50,219 nucleotides of DNA. Origin: a virus. Lineage: Duplodnaviria; Caudoviricetes. This document shows, piece by piece, positions 1 through 8,865 of this stretch (positions within the stretch are counted from its first letter, which is position 1; every line of letters starts with the position of its first letter). The stretch covers positions 1 through 50,219 of the IMG/VR virus record IMGVR_UViG_3300033148_005162; one strand, 5' to 3'. The notes beneath the pieces are model-generated. The model was not told where the DNA came from and did no database searches. It saw only the letters and a program-made list of their open reading frames with translations. The translations under genes were made by a program, and so were the position numbers.

Positions 1-48
1 TCCGTACCATCCCAAGAGAAATGGTACGTGATCTCAGGTAAACCGGTT
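1..48. repeat. 48-bp terminal direct repeat (copy 1), circularisation overlap
   Basis: TCCGTACCATCCCAAGAGAAATGGTACGTGATCTCAGGTAAACCGGTT at 1-48 is identical to 50172-50219. Confidence 0.97.
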
Positions 49-551
49 TCATACATTTCAAGAATTCTTTTGATTCCCCTAACAACCGTCCTCGTGTTGT
101 CGGAGAAGTTCTCTGGCTTGGGAAGAGGCGTGTCCTCTCCCCAAATTGTGGGGCGGTTCAACGACAGATCGGTATTGAACCGAAACCCGTCGTCGAAATT
201 GTCGAAGGGGCACCGACCAAGCAAGTCAATTCGATGCACCTGGGCGCCTTTTCGAGGCCACGTGGAAGCAACCAACTCACCCTTGTAAAGGATGTCGGCG
301 GTGCCTTGATTCCACCGCTTCCGTTCCCACTCGGCATAGGGGTCTGAGATTCGCTCAACGTTCGGCCAGTTGAGCCAATCATCAACCTGCTCCTCCGTGC
401 ATATCACAATTTCTGCTCTGTCTTGTAGATCAAAGCAGACTAAGAACCAGTCACCGTCGATAGTTTGGTACAAACGGTTTTGGTTCCGTACACCCCGCAG
501 GGTTGCCATCCGTGGGTCATAATGTTTCTTTACTACTACTGTTTTTTCCAT
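1..551 (-). CDS. 5' part of a 217-aa early hypothetical protein spanning the join (551..1 then 50171..50069); paralogue of 48863..49435
   Basis: Translated by hand: MEKTVVVKKHYDPRMATLRGVRNQNRLYQTIDGDWFLV...YKGELVASTWPRKGAQVHRIDLLGRCPFDNFDDGFRFN...; GAGGAG SD upstream of ATG at 551; open across the join. Confidence 0.88.
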   Translation of the reverse strand, partial: MEKTVVVKKHYDPRMATLRGVRNQNRLYQTIDGDWFLVCFDLQDRAEIVICTEEQVDDWLNWPNVERISDPYAEWERKRWNQGTADILYKGELVASTWPRKGAQVHRIDLLGRCPFDNFDDGFRFNTDLSLNRPTIWGEDTPLPKPENFSDNTRTVVRGIKRILEMYETGLPEITYHFSWDGT

Positions 552-602
552 TTTTTTTCTCCTCTTTATTTTTTTTGGATTATCCTCTTTTTTCTTATTT
601 AT

Positions 603-631
603 AATATAATAAATTAAGTTAACTTTGTCAA
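603..631 (-). promoter_or_regulatory. sigma70-type early promoter TTGACA-N17-TATATT
   Basis: Minus strand TTGACA (631-626), 17-nt spacer, TATATT (608-603), ~50 nt upstream of ATG 551; A/T-rich upstream. Confidence 0.8.
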
Positions 632-1001
632 GTGAAAAGTTAATTTTTTTGCTATTTTTATCATTTTTTTTCACTTTTTTCTTAACTAATATACTATTCG
701 ATTCTACCTGTAATAATCCAAGAATATAAACTATTGTAATTATTGAAGTTAGAAATATGCAATAAGGGAAAATTTAGCAATATTATGATAATAAATCATA
801 AGTTATTATTAATATTATACTTACAGCTTTTTTCTCGCTTCCATAAATCGTTTATAAGCGATTATAATTAATCTTTGGTATATTTATATGGGTAACTAAA
901 TAATAATGGCATATGAGCGAATTGTGTAAGCGGACTTGTATTCAAATATGATACATTCCTGCGGTATGCGGCAGCGGCGGGATATTTTCTTGTATAGCTT
1001 T

Positions 1002-1610
1002 TCAGGTTCTCCGTAATAGCCATCCGCGAATATATTTTTTTTGAGTAGGATTCTGTCGTGTTCTATTTATATAATAATTCATCTGTCGTACATTCATTAT
1101 CTTTAATAATAAATTTTCTTCTTTTTTAGCTCTTGGCATATACCAATCTAAATATTTCAATAAGGCATTTACTGTTTTAGCTCCGATTATACCATCCTCT
1201 AATATTTCGTTGTATATCTTATTCGGATATTTATCCCCATGAGATAATGTATTAAGTGCTATTTGTAATGATCTTCCTGCCATTTTTTCAGAATGTACAA
1301 ATTGCTCAAATATTTCATTTGCAGTTTGTTGATCTGGAATTTTATCTCCATAAATTTTATTCCATTTATTCTCTATATAAAATTCCCTACTTGCATTCTC
1401 TAATTCAACTGAAATGTTTAACACCTGTGGAAAATTAAGCTCTTTCTTTAAATTGTCTATTATTTTCCATCCCTTCCAATCCGGATAATATTTCCGAGAA
1501 ATTCCCTGATAGGTTTCTCCTCCCAAATCTTCAGATTGGTTTGAATATGAAAAAGAACCATACCCTTCTTTTTGCAATAAATAATTATATGCTTTTTCAA
1601 AATTTGCCAT
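1002..1610 (-). CDS. endolysin, glycoside hydrolase family 108 with peptidoglycan-binding C-terminus
   Basis: KEGY...DLGGETYQGIS motif, DGIIGAKT and C-terminal KKYIRGWLLR typical of GH108/PG_binding_3; last gene of the late operon. Confidence 0.9.
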   Translation of the reverse strand: MANFEKAYNYLLQKEGYGSFSYSNQSEDLGGETYQGISRKYYPDWKGWKIIDNLKKELNFPQVLNISVELENASREFYIENKWNKIYGDKIPDQQTANEIFEQFVHSEKMAGRSLQIALNTLSHGDKYPNKIYNEILEDGIIGAKTVNALLKYLDWYMPRAKKEENLLLKIMNVRQMNYYINRTRQNPTQKKYIRGWLLRRT

Positions 1611-1633
1611 TACTTAATTCCTACCAATTATTA

Positions 1634-2092
1634 TCAATAAATTATATGGATTAATATTATTGACAAAGACATAACTATTAATGATATTCCTATTGTCTCA
1701 TTCTTTGAAAATGATACTATAAAATCTTGTTTTCCATTTCTATATAAAAAAGGAATAAATTTGGTTATATTAAGATTATATTTCTGAAAAGGTTTTCCGA
1801 ATCTAAAAACATTATACGCTATCTGCCAAATCACCCACAGTACAGGACTGAATAAAATAAAAATTAAAACTATCCTCGGGATTGTTTCTATTTTTGAGAT
1901 ACTGAAAAACGCTACCGCGATTCCTAACCGAGAGATATTTTTAAACGGATGCCATAGATACTCATCTACAAAATATGTTTTTTTATCGCCGAATAAATTA
2001 TCGAATACCCATCCATCTCGTGCAGCATCAAATATAGTATGAATTAACATACCGCTAAAAAATAAAATCAAATACGTTATCTTCTGTTCCAT
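1634..2092 (-). CDS. multi-pass membrane protein in lysis cassette
   Basis: 3-4 hydrophobic segments; next to endolysin. Confidence 0.6.
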   Translation of the reverse strand: MEQKITYLILFFSGMLIHTIFDAARDGWVFDNLFGDKKTYFVDEYLWHPFKNISRLGIAVAFFSISKIETIPRIVLIFILFSPVLWVIWQIAYNVFRFGKPFQKYNLNITKFIPFLYRNGKQDFIVSFSKNETIGISLIVMSLSIILIHIIY

Positions 2093-2835
2093 AATCTTAT
2101 TACTCCACCATAATTTAAACTCGATTTATCTGTCTGAAATATTACTCGGATTCTTTGTTTTATTTCTATTCCAGCCTTAACTAAAATCCCGTCCCGATAC
2201 ATCCAACCTGCCTCTATATATGGTACAAAAAATTTGGTTTTAGCCGGTAGTTCCTCTATGTTAATTTTACTATTGATTTTGTTGATTTTTAAATATGGAT
2301 CATCAGTTTGTACATACGTTCTAAAATGTCCTGCTGTTGTTTTTGTTATCATCACATTAACATTTATCGGATTACGTTTTAACTGTATAAATACTCTGCC
2401 AGGTGGATAATAAACTTTACCGGCGATGTCTATATTCTGAATTTGTTGTCGGAAATTTATTTTTAATCTTCTATGCTTATATATCGTATCCGGTTTTGAT
2501 TTTACTATTATATTTTCTTTTAATATTTCAACTTGTTTTGTTCGCCATTCTGCTCGTGCCTGAACTAATGCTATTGCAGATTGACGATGTTTTTCAATCT
2601 CGTTCTTTAATGCTATTGCAAGTGAATCTTTACTCTTTTTAAGTTCCGGTAAAATCGCCTGTTGTTTTGCGTACTTGGAATATATATTATTTCCATGATT
2701 TTTTATACTGTCAGTTTTAGCCTGTAAATTATCTAACTGTATAAAGAGGGATTTATTTTGTTGTTCCTTTTGATAAGTGATAAATGACAAAATCAAAATT
2801 ATTGCTATCTGAAAATAGATTATAATTTTATTCAT
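2077..2835 (-). CDS. putative spanin-like protein (N-terminal TM anchor, coiled coil, beta-rich C-terminus)
   Basis: N-terminal hydrophobic helix, helical Q/K/E-rich middle, amphipathic beta-like C-terminus; lysis cassette position. Confidence 0.5.
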   Translation of the reverse strand: MNKIIIYFQIAIILILSFITYQKEQQNKSLFIQLDNLQAKTDSIKNHGNNIYSKYAKQQAILPELKKSKDSLAIALKNEIEKHRQSAIALVQARAEWRTKQVEILKENIIVKSKPDTIYKHRRLKINFRQQIQNIDIAGKVYYPPGRVFIQLKRNPINVNVMITKTTAGHFRTYVQTDDPYLKINKINSKINIEELPAKTKFFVPYIEAGWMYRDGILVKAGIEIKQRIRVIFQTDKSSLNYGGVIRLWNRR

Positions 2836-3167
2836 TACGGATTTCCCGAAACTGTATTACTATGTCCCATAACACCTAATTTAACTAATAATCCTATTAT
2901 AGATGATATTGCAATTACTATTCCTAGTGTATAATATCTCCATCCTGTATTACTGTCAATGCGATGTCTATGATTATTAAGACGTTCATTAAGTACCTCA
3001 CGCGTCGCAATACATTGTTCTATGCTTTCTTTTCTATCTTCTTTGTATTGTTCTTCAAAAACTTTATGTGCTTTTTCATGTCCATCTACCCATGTTGCAA
3101 ATTTTATAATCGAATCATGAGTATCTTGCAACATCTTCCTATCATTATCCGTAAAATCTCCTGCCAT
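2835..3167 (-). CDS. holin-like or lysis-associated protein (coiled coil plus C-terminal TM)
   Basis: Better start MAGDFTD at 3167 with AAGGTG SD; single C-terminal TM segment. Confidence 0.55.
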   Translation of the reverse strand: MAGDFTDNDRKMLQDTHDSIIKFATWVDGHEKAHKVFEEQYKEDRKESIEQCIATREVLNERLNNHRHRIDSNTGWRYYTLGIVIAISSIIGLLVKLGVMGHSNTVSGNP

Positions 3168-3354
3168 AATTATCACCTTTTTCTTTATTTTTTGTACCAA
3201 CTATTAAAACTAGCGGTTACCCTTTCCCTCCCCACAATTAATGCTTTCTCTTTTATTTCAATATCAAATTTAATATCTATTTTTAACGGAGGATCGAAAT
3301 AAAAAAATAGTATGATCATTTAGAATCTTTATCATTGTCTTTATTATATCTAAA

Positions 3355-3639
3355 TTAATTTTCTTTTTCCATTTTCTTATCCCATTTATTTAATATCGAA
3401 TCACCGGCATAACCTATAAAAAATGACGCTGTTGGATTTAATATTCCACCCAGGTCAGCTAAAATTATAGCTGACATCGTTACAAAAAAAGCTAATATGG
3501 TTTTGTCTCGGTTATTACGTAAAAAATCGCTCCACGCAATTTCTGATTCGCGTTTTACCTTTTTCTTTAAAAAATGAATTATCATGCCTAAAATAGCCAT
3601 GAGTATTGATTGCCATACTTCCGGTATCTGTTCAACCAT
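3355..3639 (-). CDS. putative holin
   Basis: 94 aa, 2-3 TM segments, charged C-terminus, GGAGG SD. Confidence 0.6.
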   Translation of the reverse strand: MVEQIPEVWQSILMAILGMIIHFLKKKVKRESEIAWSDFLRNNRDKTILAFFVTMSAIILADLGGILNPTASFFIGYAGDSILNKWDKKMEKEN

Positions 3640-5516
3640 TGTTTATGCCTCCTATATATAGACTTTATAAAAAATGTTTGTTTAGGAATATATGCTAATA
3701 GATCTTCAGTAAATAATGTTGGTAAAATATTATTATTAAAAAGCGTGTCCGCTGCAACTTCTAATCTATAGTATTCATTCCCTGTCGTATCTATCATTAC
3801 AAAAAAAAGATTTTCGTAATTACTATTTATCGAAATTCCTGATGAAATATTACCTATGTCTTGAAATGTATAACTTGTATCATAAAGAATATAACCAACT
3901 CTACTTATTGCCATTATTGTATTCCTGGCATTTGATTTTAATATTAATTTTCTTCCCTTCCATTCAGTTTTTGTATACCATGCTGCTGTGTCGCTTGTTA
4001 AATAAGCAACGCCGTCTTCGTCATGTCTATACCATTTATTATAATTACCATTATACATTGAGACTAAAACTTCTGACGTGTATAAATTTTTAATAGAGTC
4101 AAGCTTAACATAAACTGCATTAGTATCTCCTAATGCTAATGTACACTTTCCAGCAGCAGTAAGTGTTGTAGTTTCAAGCCAAAGCCTTGGATTATTTGCT
4201 TGTTCGCTCTGGCTAAAAAAAATATTAGCATAATCTCCATCTTCACTTTGAGCACAATACTCTTGATTAGATGAATCCCACTTCATTATCCATCCATAGT
4301 TATCCCATGTACCGTGAAGAAAATTATTAATATGATTTCTTAAAGTTTCATATCCTGAACTATCTTCTGAAATTTCTGCCCATACATATCCGCTAGGATA
4401 ACGCCCTAATGCCGTTAATGCTGTATCGGTAACAGATCGATCGCCTCCTCCGCTAATTGCTGTCGAATCCCATTCAACGCCATCAACTCCGGTTTTTGCA
4501 CTATCCCATGTAGCCTCTGTTACATCCCAATCCGTTAAACATCTATCCAATGCTATATACCAATTATTTATATTCACTGGTCCATTTATCCCAAGCGTTA
4601 CTACATAAAGTGAACATGTTAAAGACATAACCGTTCCCGATATAGATGAAAAATCCATCCATAAAAGTCCTCGCCTTCTATTGCCTTCTGATTGATTTGA
4701 GATTCCAATTTTATCATATCCGTCATAATTAGTATTCTTTGTCGCTTCATCCATATATGTATCTTTTACATCTGTTGTACCTGTAATTAAGGTAGTCGGA
4801 TCAACAGTTATTGGATAAGTCATTCCGGTTGTATCTATTTTCACCTTTACAAATGTTCTAGTACCTATTTTCTTAATATTATATTCCGCTTCTCTTGTTA
4901 AATTATTCTTATCATAATAAATTATCTTTGCTAACGTAAAAGCTAATTTGTTATTTATCTTATCATAAAATTCGAATCCTTTATCAGTGTTTTTAATTTC
5001 TCTTGCCGTATGCATAATTGCAAAAATAAAACTGTCCGGTGCTGCTCGATTTTTTAATATAATATCCTCTTTTATTCCATTTGAATTTATATATCGCACT
5101 ACATCAGCATTATTGTAAGCATTCGGAAATATTACTTTAGCATACTTCACATTCCCTTTTACATGATTCGCTCCTCTAATTGGTTTTAATGTCATCTTTA
5201 CATTATTATACTCAAAATAGTATAAATCGTCATAATAGTCGCCTGTCCTTAAAATGTAATCTGCTTTATATGATTTCTTGAATATTCCAAAATTATCATT
5301 TTGCAAAGTAAATGTATGCCTTTTCCAATGTCCGGTTTTTTTATCTCTATAATTTATACCTTTACTTATTAAATATTGCAAATTTCCATTTTGCTTTCTA
5401 TGTATCACACCATCCCTACTATAAGAAAATGAATCACCTTTTCTTAACCAGCTCTGACTATTTGCATTTCCAATTACAAAAAAGATGATTATTAATATAT
5501 ACATTACTTTTTTCAT
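3588..5516 (-). CDS. signal-peptide protein with wall-associated-protein-like N-terminal domain and DNRLRE (CBM96-like) domain
   Basis: MKKVMYILIIIFFVIGNANS-Q; GIKEDIILK...YPITVDPT; DTYMDE..NTNY..RRRGLLWMDFSSI..EATWD..NYGWIMK..NPRL pattern. Confidence 0.7.
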   Translation of the reverse strand: MKKVMYILIIIFFVIGNANSQSWLRKGDSFSYSRDGVIHRKQNGNLQYLISKGINYRDKKTGHWKRHTFTLQNDNFGIFKKSYKADYILRTGDYYDDLYYFEYNNVKMTLKPIRGANHVKGNVKYAKVIFPNAYNNADVVRYINSNGIKEDIILKNRAAPDSFIFAIMHTAREIKNTDKGFEFYDKINNKLAFTLAKIIYYDKNNLTREAEYNIKKIGTRTFVKVKIDTTGMTYPITVDPTTLITGTTDVKDTYMDEATKNTNYDGYDKIGISNQSEGNRRRGLLWMDFSSISGTVMSLTCSLYVVTLGINGPVNINNWYIALDRCLTDWDVTEATWDSAKTGVDGVEWDSTAISGGGDRSVTDTALTALGRYPSGYVWAEISEDSSGYETLRNHINNFLHGTWDNYGWIMKWDSSNQEYCAQSEDGDYANIFFSQSEQANNPRLWLETTTLTAAGKCTLALGDTNAVYVKLDSIKNLYTSEVLVSMYNGNYNKWYRHDEDGVAYLTSDTAAWYTKTEWKGRKLILKSNARNTIMAISRVGYILYDTSYTFQDIGNISSGISINSNYENLFFVMIDTTGNEYYRLEVAADTLFNNNILPTLFTEDLLAYIPKQTFFIKSIYRRHKQWLNRYRKYGNQYSWLF

Positions 5517-5540
5517 TTCTTATAAATCCTTTCTCTATTT

Positions 5541-5987
5541 TTACACTGTTCTTCGCGGTGGCTGCTTATCAATTATTATATCCGTTGTTGATGTTGCAAT
5601 TCCAACTTGTACAATTCGTGCTTTTGCAGAACGTATTGAACCTACATCTTGCGTTAATTTTCCCGAATTGCTCGGATGTAAATATACATATTTTCCAGCC
5701 GTTAATCCAGAAAATCCTGTAACAAGACCGGTTGTTTGTATACGCACAGAAACTGATCCTCCTACTGCGGTATCTGTATAAAAACCTATAAACCGAGCGG
5801 AATCTGAGGATGTTGGATTTGCTTTATCCACAGTATTATTGCCGGAAATATATACCGCATCTTGTTGTGCTAATCCTCCGGCTGCACTCGTCATTGATAT
5901 AAAACCAAGACTTATTATATCAGCTCTTAAATTATTATGATCTGATGCTAATATCTGATCATTTATTACTACATCCGATGACTGCAT
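5541..5987 (-). CDS. small virion/tail-tip protein with DUF2190/cement-like beta domain
   Basis: ILASDHNNLR; VYISG..KA..; GLTAGKYVYL..G.LT..QVGIA pattern common in phage structural proteins. Confidence 0.55.
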   Translation of the reverse strand: MQSSDVVINDQILASDHNNLRADIISLGFISMTSAAGGLAQQDAVYISGNNTVDKANPTSSDSARFIGFYTDTAVGGSVSVRIQTTGLVTGFSGLTAGKYVYLHPSNSGKLTQDVGSIRSAKARIVQVGIATSTTDIIIDKQPPRRTV

Positions 5988-5988
5988 C

Positions 5989-6537
5989 TTAATAATCCCA
6001 TTGTCCTGTTACACGCCATTTTATTCTTGCTTTTGTACTGTCTTCTCTTGCAGCACTTGTATCAGACATGCCAAAAGTAAATTTACCCCATAATTCTTTT
6101 TGTCCTGTTGGCGTAATTCGCAAATTAGTCCATATATTATGATTTTTTGTTGAGTCATTTCTGATTATATATATCGTTCCACTCGTATCCCCCAATGGTG
6201 AATGTTGTAAGTTAGAATCATAATCGGCAATCCGAATTTGTACTGCCGGAAATCTTCCATCTGAATAATATTGTTGTATTGTGTCAGCTCCAAAACCGCA
6301 TGTATCAACTTTGTACTGTACAATTAGTGACTTTACTTCAGATACATGCGGGATTACAAAAGTAATGGAATCGTCTGCAGTTACACCTTGTGTTATGGTA
6401 TCAGTCTGAACAGGAACCAACTCTATATATCTAGGTCTATGCTTAATCTGATAAGGTACTGTGTATGCAGTTAAAAGAGAAAACACGTATATCGCCGCTA
6501 AAAATATAAAAAAGTTTCTCATTGTTCTATACTCCAA
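5989..6537 (-). CDS. signal-peptide-bearing beta-rich protein, tail module
   Basis: MRNFFIFLAAIYVFSLLTA; 9 of 13 Asp followed by Ser/Thr. Confidence 0.65.
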   Translation of the reverse strand: MEYRTMRNFFIFLAAIYVFSLLTAYTVPYQIKHRPRYIELVPVQTDTITQGVTADDSITFVIPHVSEVKSLIVQYKVDTCGFGADTIQQYYSDGRFPAVQIRIADYDSNLQHSPLGDTSGTIYIIRNDSTKNHNIWTNLRITPTGQKELWGKFTFGMSDTSAAREDSTKARIKWRVTGQWDY

Positions 6538-6549
6538 TTTTTATTATTA

Positions 6550-7146
6550 TTATGCGTCATTTGCCGTAAATGTCTGAATTACTGTTAATGTATTGCTTGC
6601 CGTTTTTGTCTCTGATATTGTTGAATGGTTGAATAATGTACCGGTATCTACTGCCGCCGTTGCGTCATCAAGAAAATGACCTATTTCAGTTAATGTTCCA
6701 ATTCCTTCAGACGGTAGCCAAAAGGTTCTTGCCTCAACTTGTATGCCTGATCTTGCTAACAAGGTAACAGCTTTTCTTTCTAATTCCGCTCCTAATGTCG
6801 TATCACTTACCGACGGAGCTGTCGAATCTGTACCAACAGCACAATATGTAATATATGTTGCCGTTGTAGCTTCATTTGCTAAAGCTTTCATAAATTCCGT
6901 TCTGCCAACTGTTGTCGTTAAATTGTCATATTCGGTACTTTTTACAAGTCCCTGCTCTAATCGTTTATCGAAATCTATTAACTCTTTATAATATTTTTTC
7001 CAATCTCCACTTTTATACAATCTCTGCAAATACTTATAAAATTCTTGTATTGTGTGTACAACATTACTAGGCGATGCAAACGTAAATAAGTCAGGATTAT
7101 GATGCTGTATTGTAATATGTCCTTTAATATTAAGATGTTGAATCAT
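6550..7146 (-). CDS. tail-tip/baseplate structural protein (tail-collar-fibre-like)
   Basis: NLTTTVGR..YCAVGTDSTAPSVSDTTLGAELERK..TLTEIG..GTLFNH pattern. Confidence 0.65.
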   Translation of the reverse strand: MIQHLNIKGHITIQHHNPDLFTFASPSNVVHTIQEFYKYLQRLYKSGDWKKYYKELIDFDKRLEQGLVKSTEYDNLTTTVGRTEFMKALANEATTATYITYCAVGTDSTAPSVSDTTLGAELERKAVTLLARSGIQVEARTFWLPSEGIGTLTEIGHFLDDATAAVDTGTLFNHSTISETKTASNTLTVIQTFTANDA

Positions 7147-7161
7147 TCATATTTCCTTTTT

Positions 7162-8865
7162 TTATCCATATACACAAAAACCATAATATCCAGGATCAGC
7201 GCATGGACTGCCGTACCTGTAAACTGTTGCAAGACTATCAATACTCGTTATTAATGTTTCGGATATTTTCCAATCATCTTTTACAACTATCGCTTTATCA
7301 ATTCCGTCTGCTTGCTGATCAGCTTTCTTTGTCTGCTCAAATAGTGTAACTAACATATCAATTGCAGATTCCGGTTTCTCAGAAAATTCTATTGAGTATG
7401 AAAAAAGTCCACCTCCATGCGCCTGTATCCGTATTGATCTTATTATATAATCACCATTACTCGGTTCACCGGTTAAATTTATCGTAAAAATTTGACCTAT
7501 CGCAAAGCCATCTTCGTAAGTGTTTGTTGATCCCGTTACAGTTACGTTTCCATATCTGTCTACTTCGACTTGCCCTCTGCGAAATGCCTCGGTTATATTA
7601 CCTATAGAATCATCTCGAATTACTTTCTCATATATTCCATCACCTTTACCCTCTTGTGTCGCAATTACGCCTTGCGTTGTCGTATCTTCTACTACTGTTA
7701 TTACTCTTATTTCATATTGATACACTACCGTTAATGTGGTTCCGGTCGGTAACGCTCCTGCCCTCCGAGTTAATGTCTTTCTCCAATAATCACACTCATA
7801 ATCTTTTGTAGTCAGATCATCTATGTTTGGAAATCCAACAGTTTTCGATGTACCATTCTCGTCTAATTGTATTGCATGTGGTTTTGCAGTTAGATTAAAT
7901 TCTGTCGTTATATCATCTCCGGAAAATGTTTCGGTTAACGGCGGTCCGAAAAATTTATCACCAATTACTGTTACTTTATTCGATGTTAATGTATAATTCG
8001 GATTTAAACTCGTACCAAAAAAATTATTTCTTGTCAAATCATTTAACTCAATTGGCGCAACTAATGTTTCTGTAGCAAAAAAATGAATATCTTTATTAGG
8101 GTCTACATAAAAATTATATCCCGTTTCACTTACTAATTTCCGAATACATTCCGCAGGTGTTATATAATCAAAACTTATATATTCGATTATCGGTCCTTCT
8201 TGGACATTATTCGTTGTAATCGCCCAATCAGAATGAACATATCCTGAAACTATATCTTCTATTATTGTTTTACATGTTTTATTCTCATATACTTCTGCTA
8301 CTAATTTTCTTGTTAAAACTATCTCATAATCCTGACAGGTAACTGAATACTGCATTGTTGTTCCGGATATGATAGAAGGCTCAGCTTCAACTATTATCCC
8401 GCCGAACAATGTCGTTGAATCTCCAATAATAACAATTTCCTGTCCCCTTACCGGAGTACTTTCCGGATCATTTAAAACAAAAGTACAGGAATCAGAACCT
8501 CGTGTTAATACCGAATCTATAATTAAAGATTGCCGATCGATTTTGTTTCCAATATCTTGGTAATTTCTGAAAATTAAAAAATTACAATAAATGTTTGTTG
8601 TTGATATATTACCTCTTAAATTAGAAATTGCAACTTTAAAATATGTCGTAGTTGGCTCTTCTACTAAATATATTCGCACATCTTGATTAGGCGTACCTAC
8701 AAAAACAATTGGTATCGAACTAAATTCAGCCGGAATACTATTCGAAAATCCGGTTAAATCAGAATATAAAATTTTTTGTGGATGATCTGGAGTACCGATT
8801 ATTTTTATATCGTTACTTAAAAATATTGTTTTATCCAATATTTTATAAGTTACCGTATCAAACAC
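7162..8865 (-). CDS. tail-tip hub (Tal/baseplate-hub-like) with extra N-terminal domain paralogous to 11395..11673
   Basis: Downstream of TMP; SCTFVL..LFGGII..VTCQDY..FYVDPNKDIHFF pattern. Confidence 0.65.
   Translation of the reverse strand: MFDTVTYKILDKTIFLSNDIKIIGTPDHPQKILYSDLTGFSNSIPAEFSSIPIVFVGTPNQDVRIYLVEEPTTTYFKVAISNLRGNISTTNIYCNFLIFRNYQDIGNKIDRQSLIIDSVLTRGSDSCTFVLNDPESTPVRGQEIVIIGDSTTLFGGIIVEAEPSIISGTTMQYSVTCQDYEIVLTRKLVAEVYENKTCKTIIEDIVSGYVHSDWAITTNNVQEGPIIEYISFDYITPAECIRKLVSETGYNFYVDPNKDIHFFATETLVAPIELNDLTRNNFFGTSLNPNYTLTSNKVTVIGDKFFGPPLTETFSGDDITTEFNLTAKPHAIQLDENGTSKTVGFPNIDDLTTKDYECDYWRKTLTRRAGALPTGTTLTVVYQYEIRVITVVEDTTTQGVIATQEGKGDGIYEKVIRDDSIGNITEAFRRGQVEVDRYGNVTVTGSTNTYEDGFAIGQIFTINLTGEPSNGDYIIRSIRIQAHGGGLFSYSIEFSEKPESAIDMLVTLFEQTKKADQQADGIDKAIVVKDDWKISETLITSIDSLATVYRYGSPCADPGYYGFCVYG

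Noticed and set aside
1-48. 48-bp repeat as a biological terminal repeat or att site
   Set aside because: It lies inside a coding sequence that reads through the join, and there is no integrase; it is best explained as assembly overlap
28-385. Track ORFs 28..288 (+) and 158..385 (-)
   Set aside because: Both are shadows of the real join-spanning ORF, which has an SD, a promoter and a paralogue
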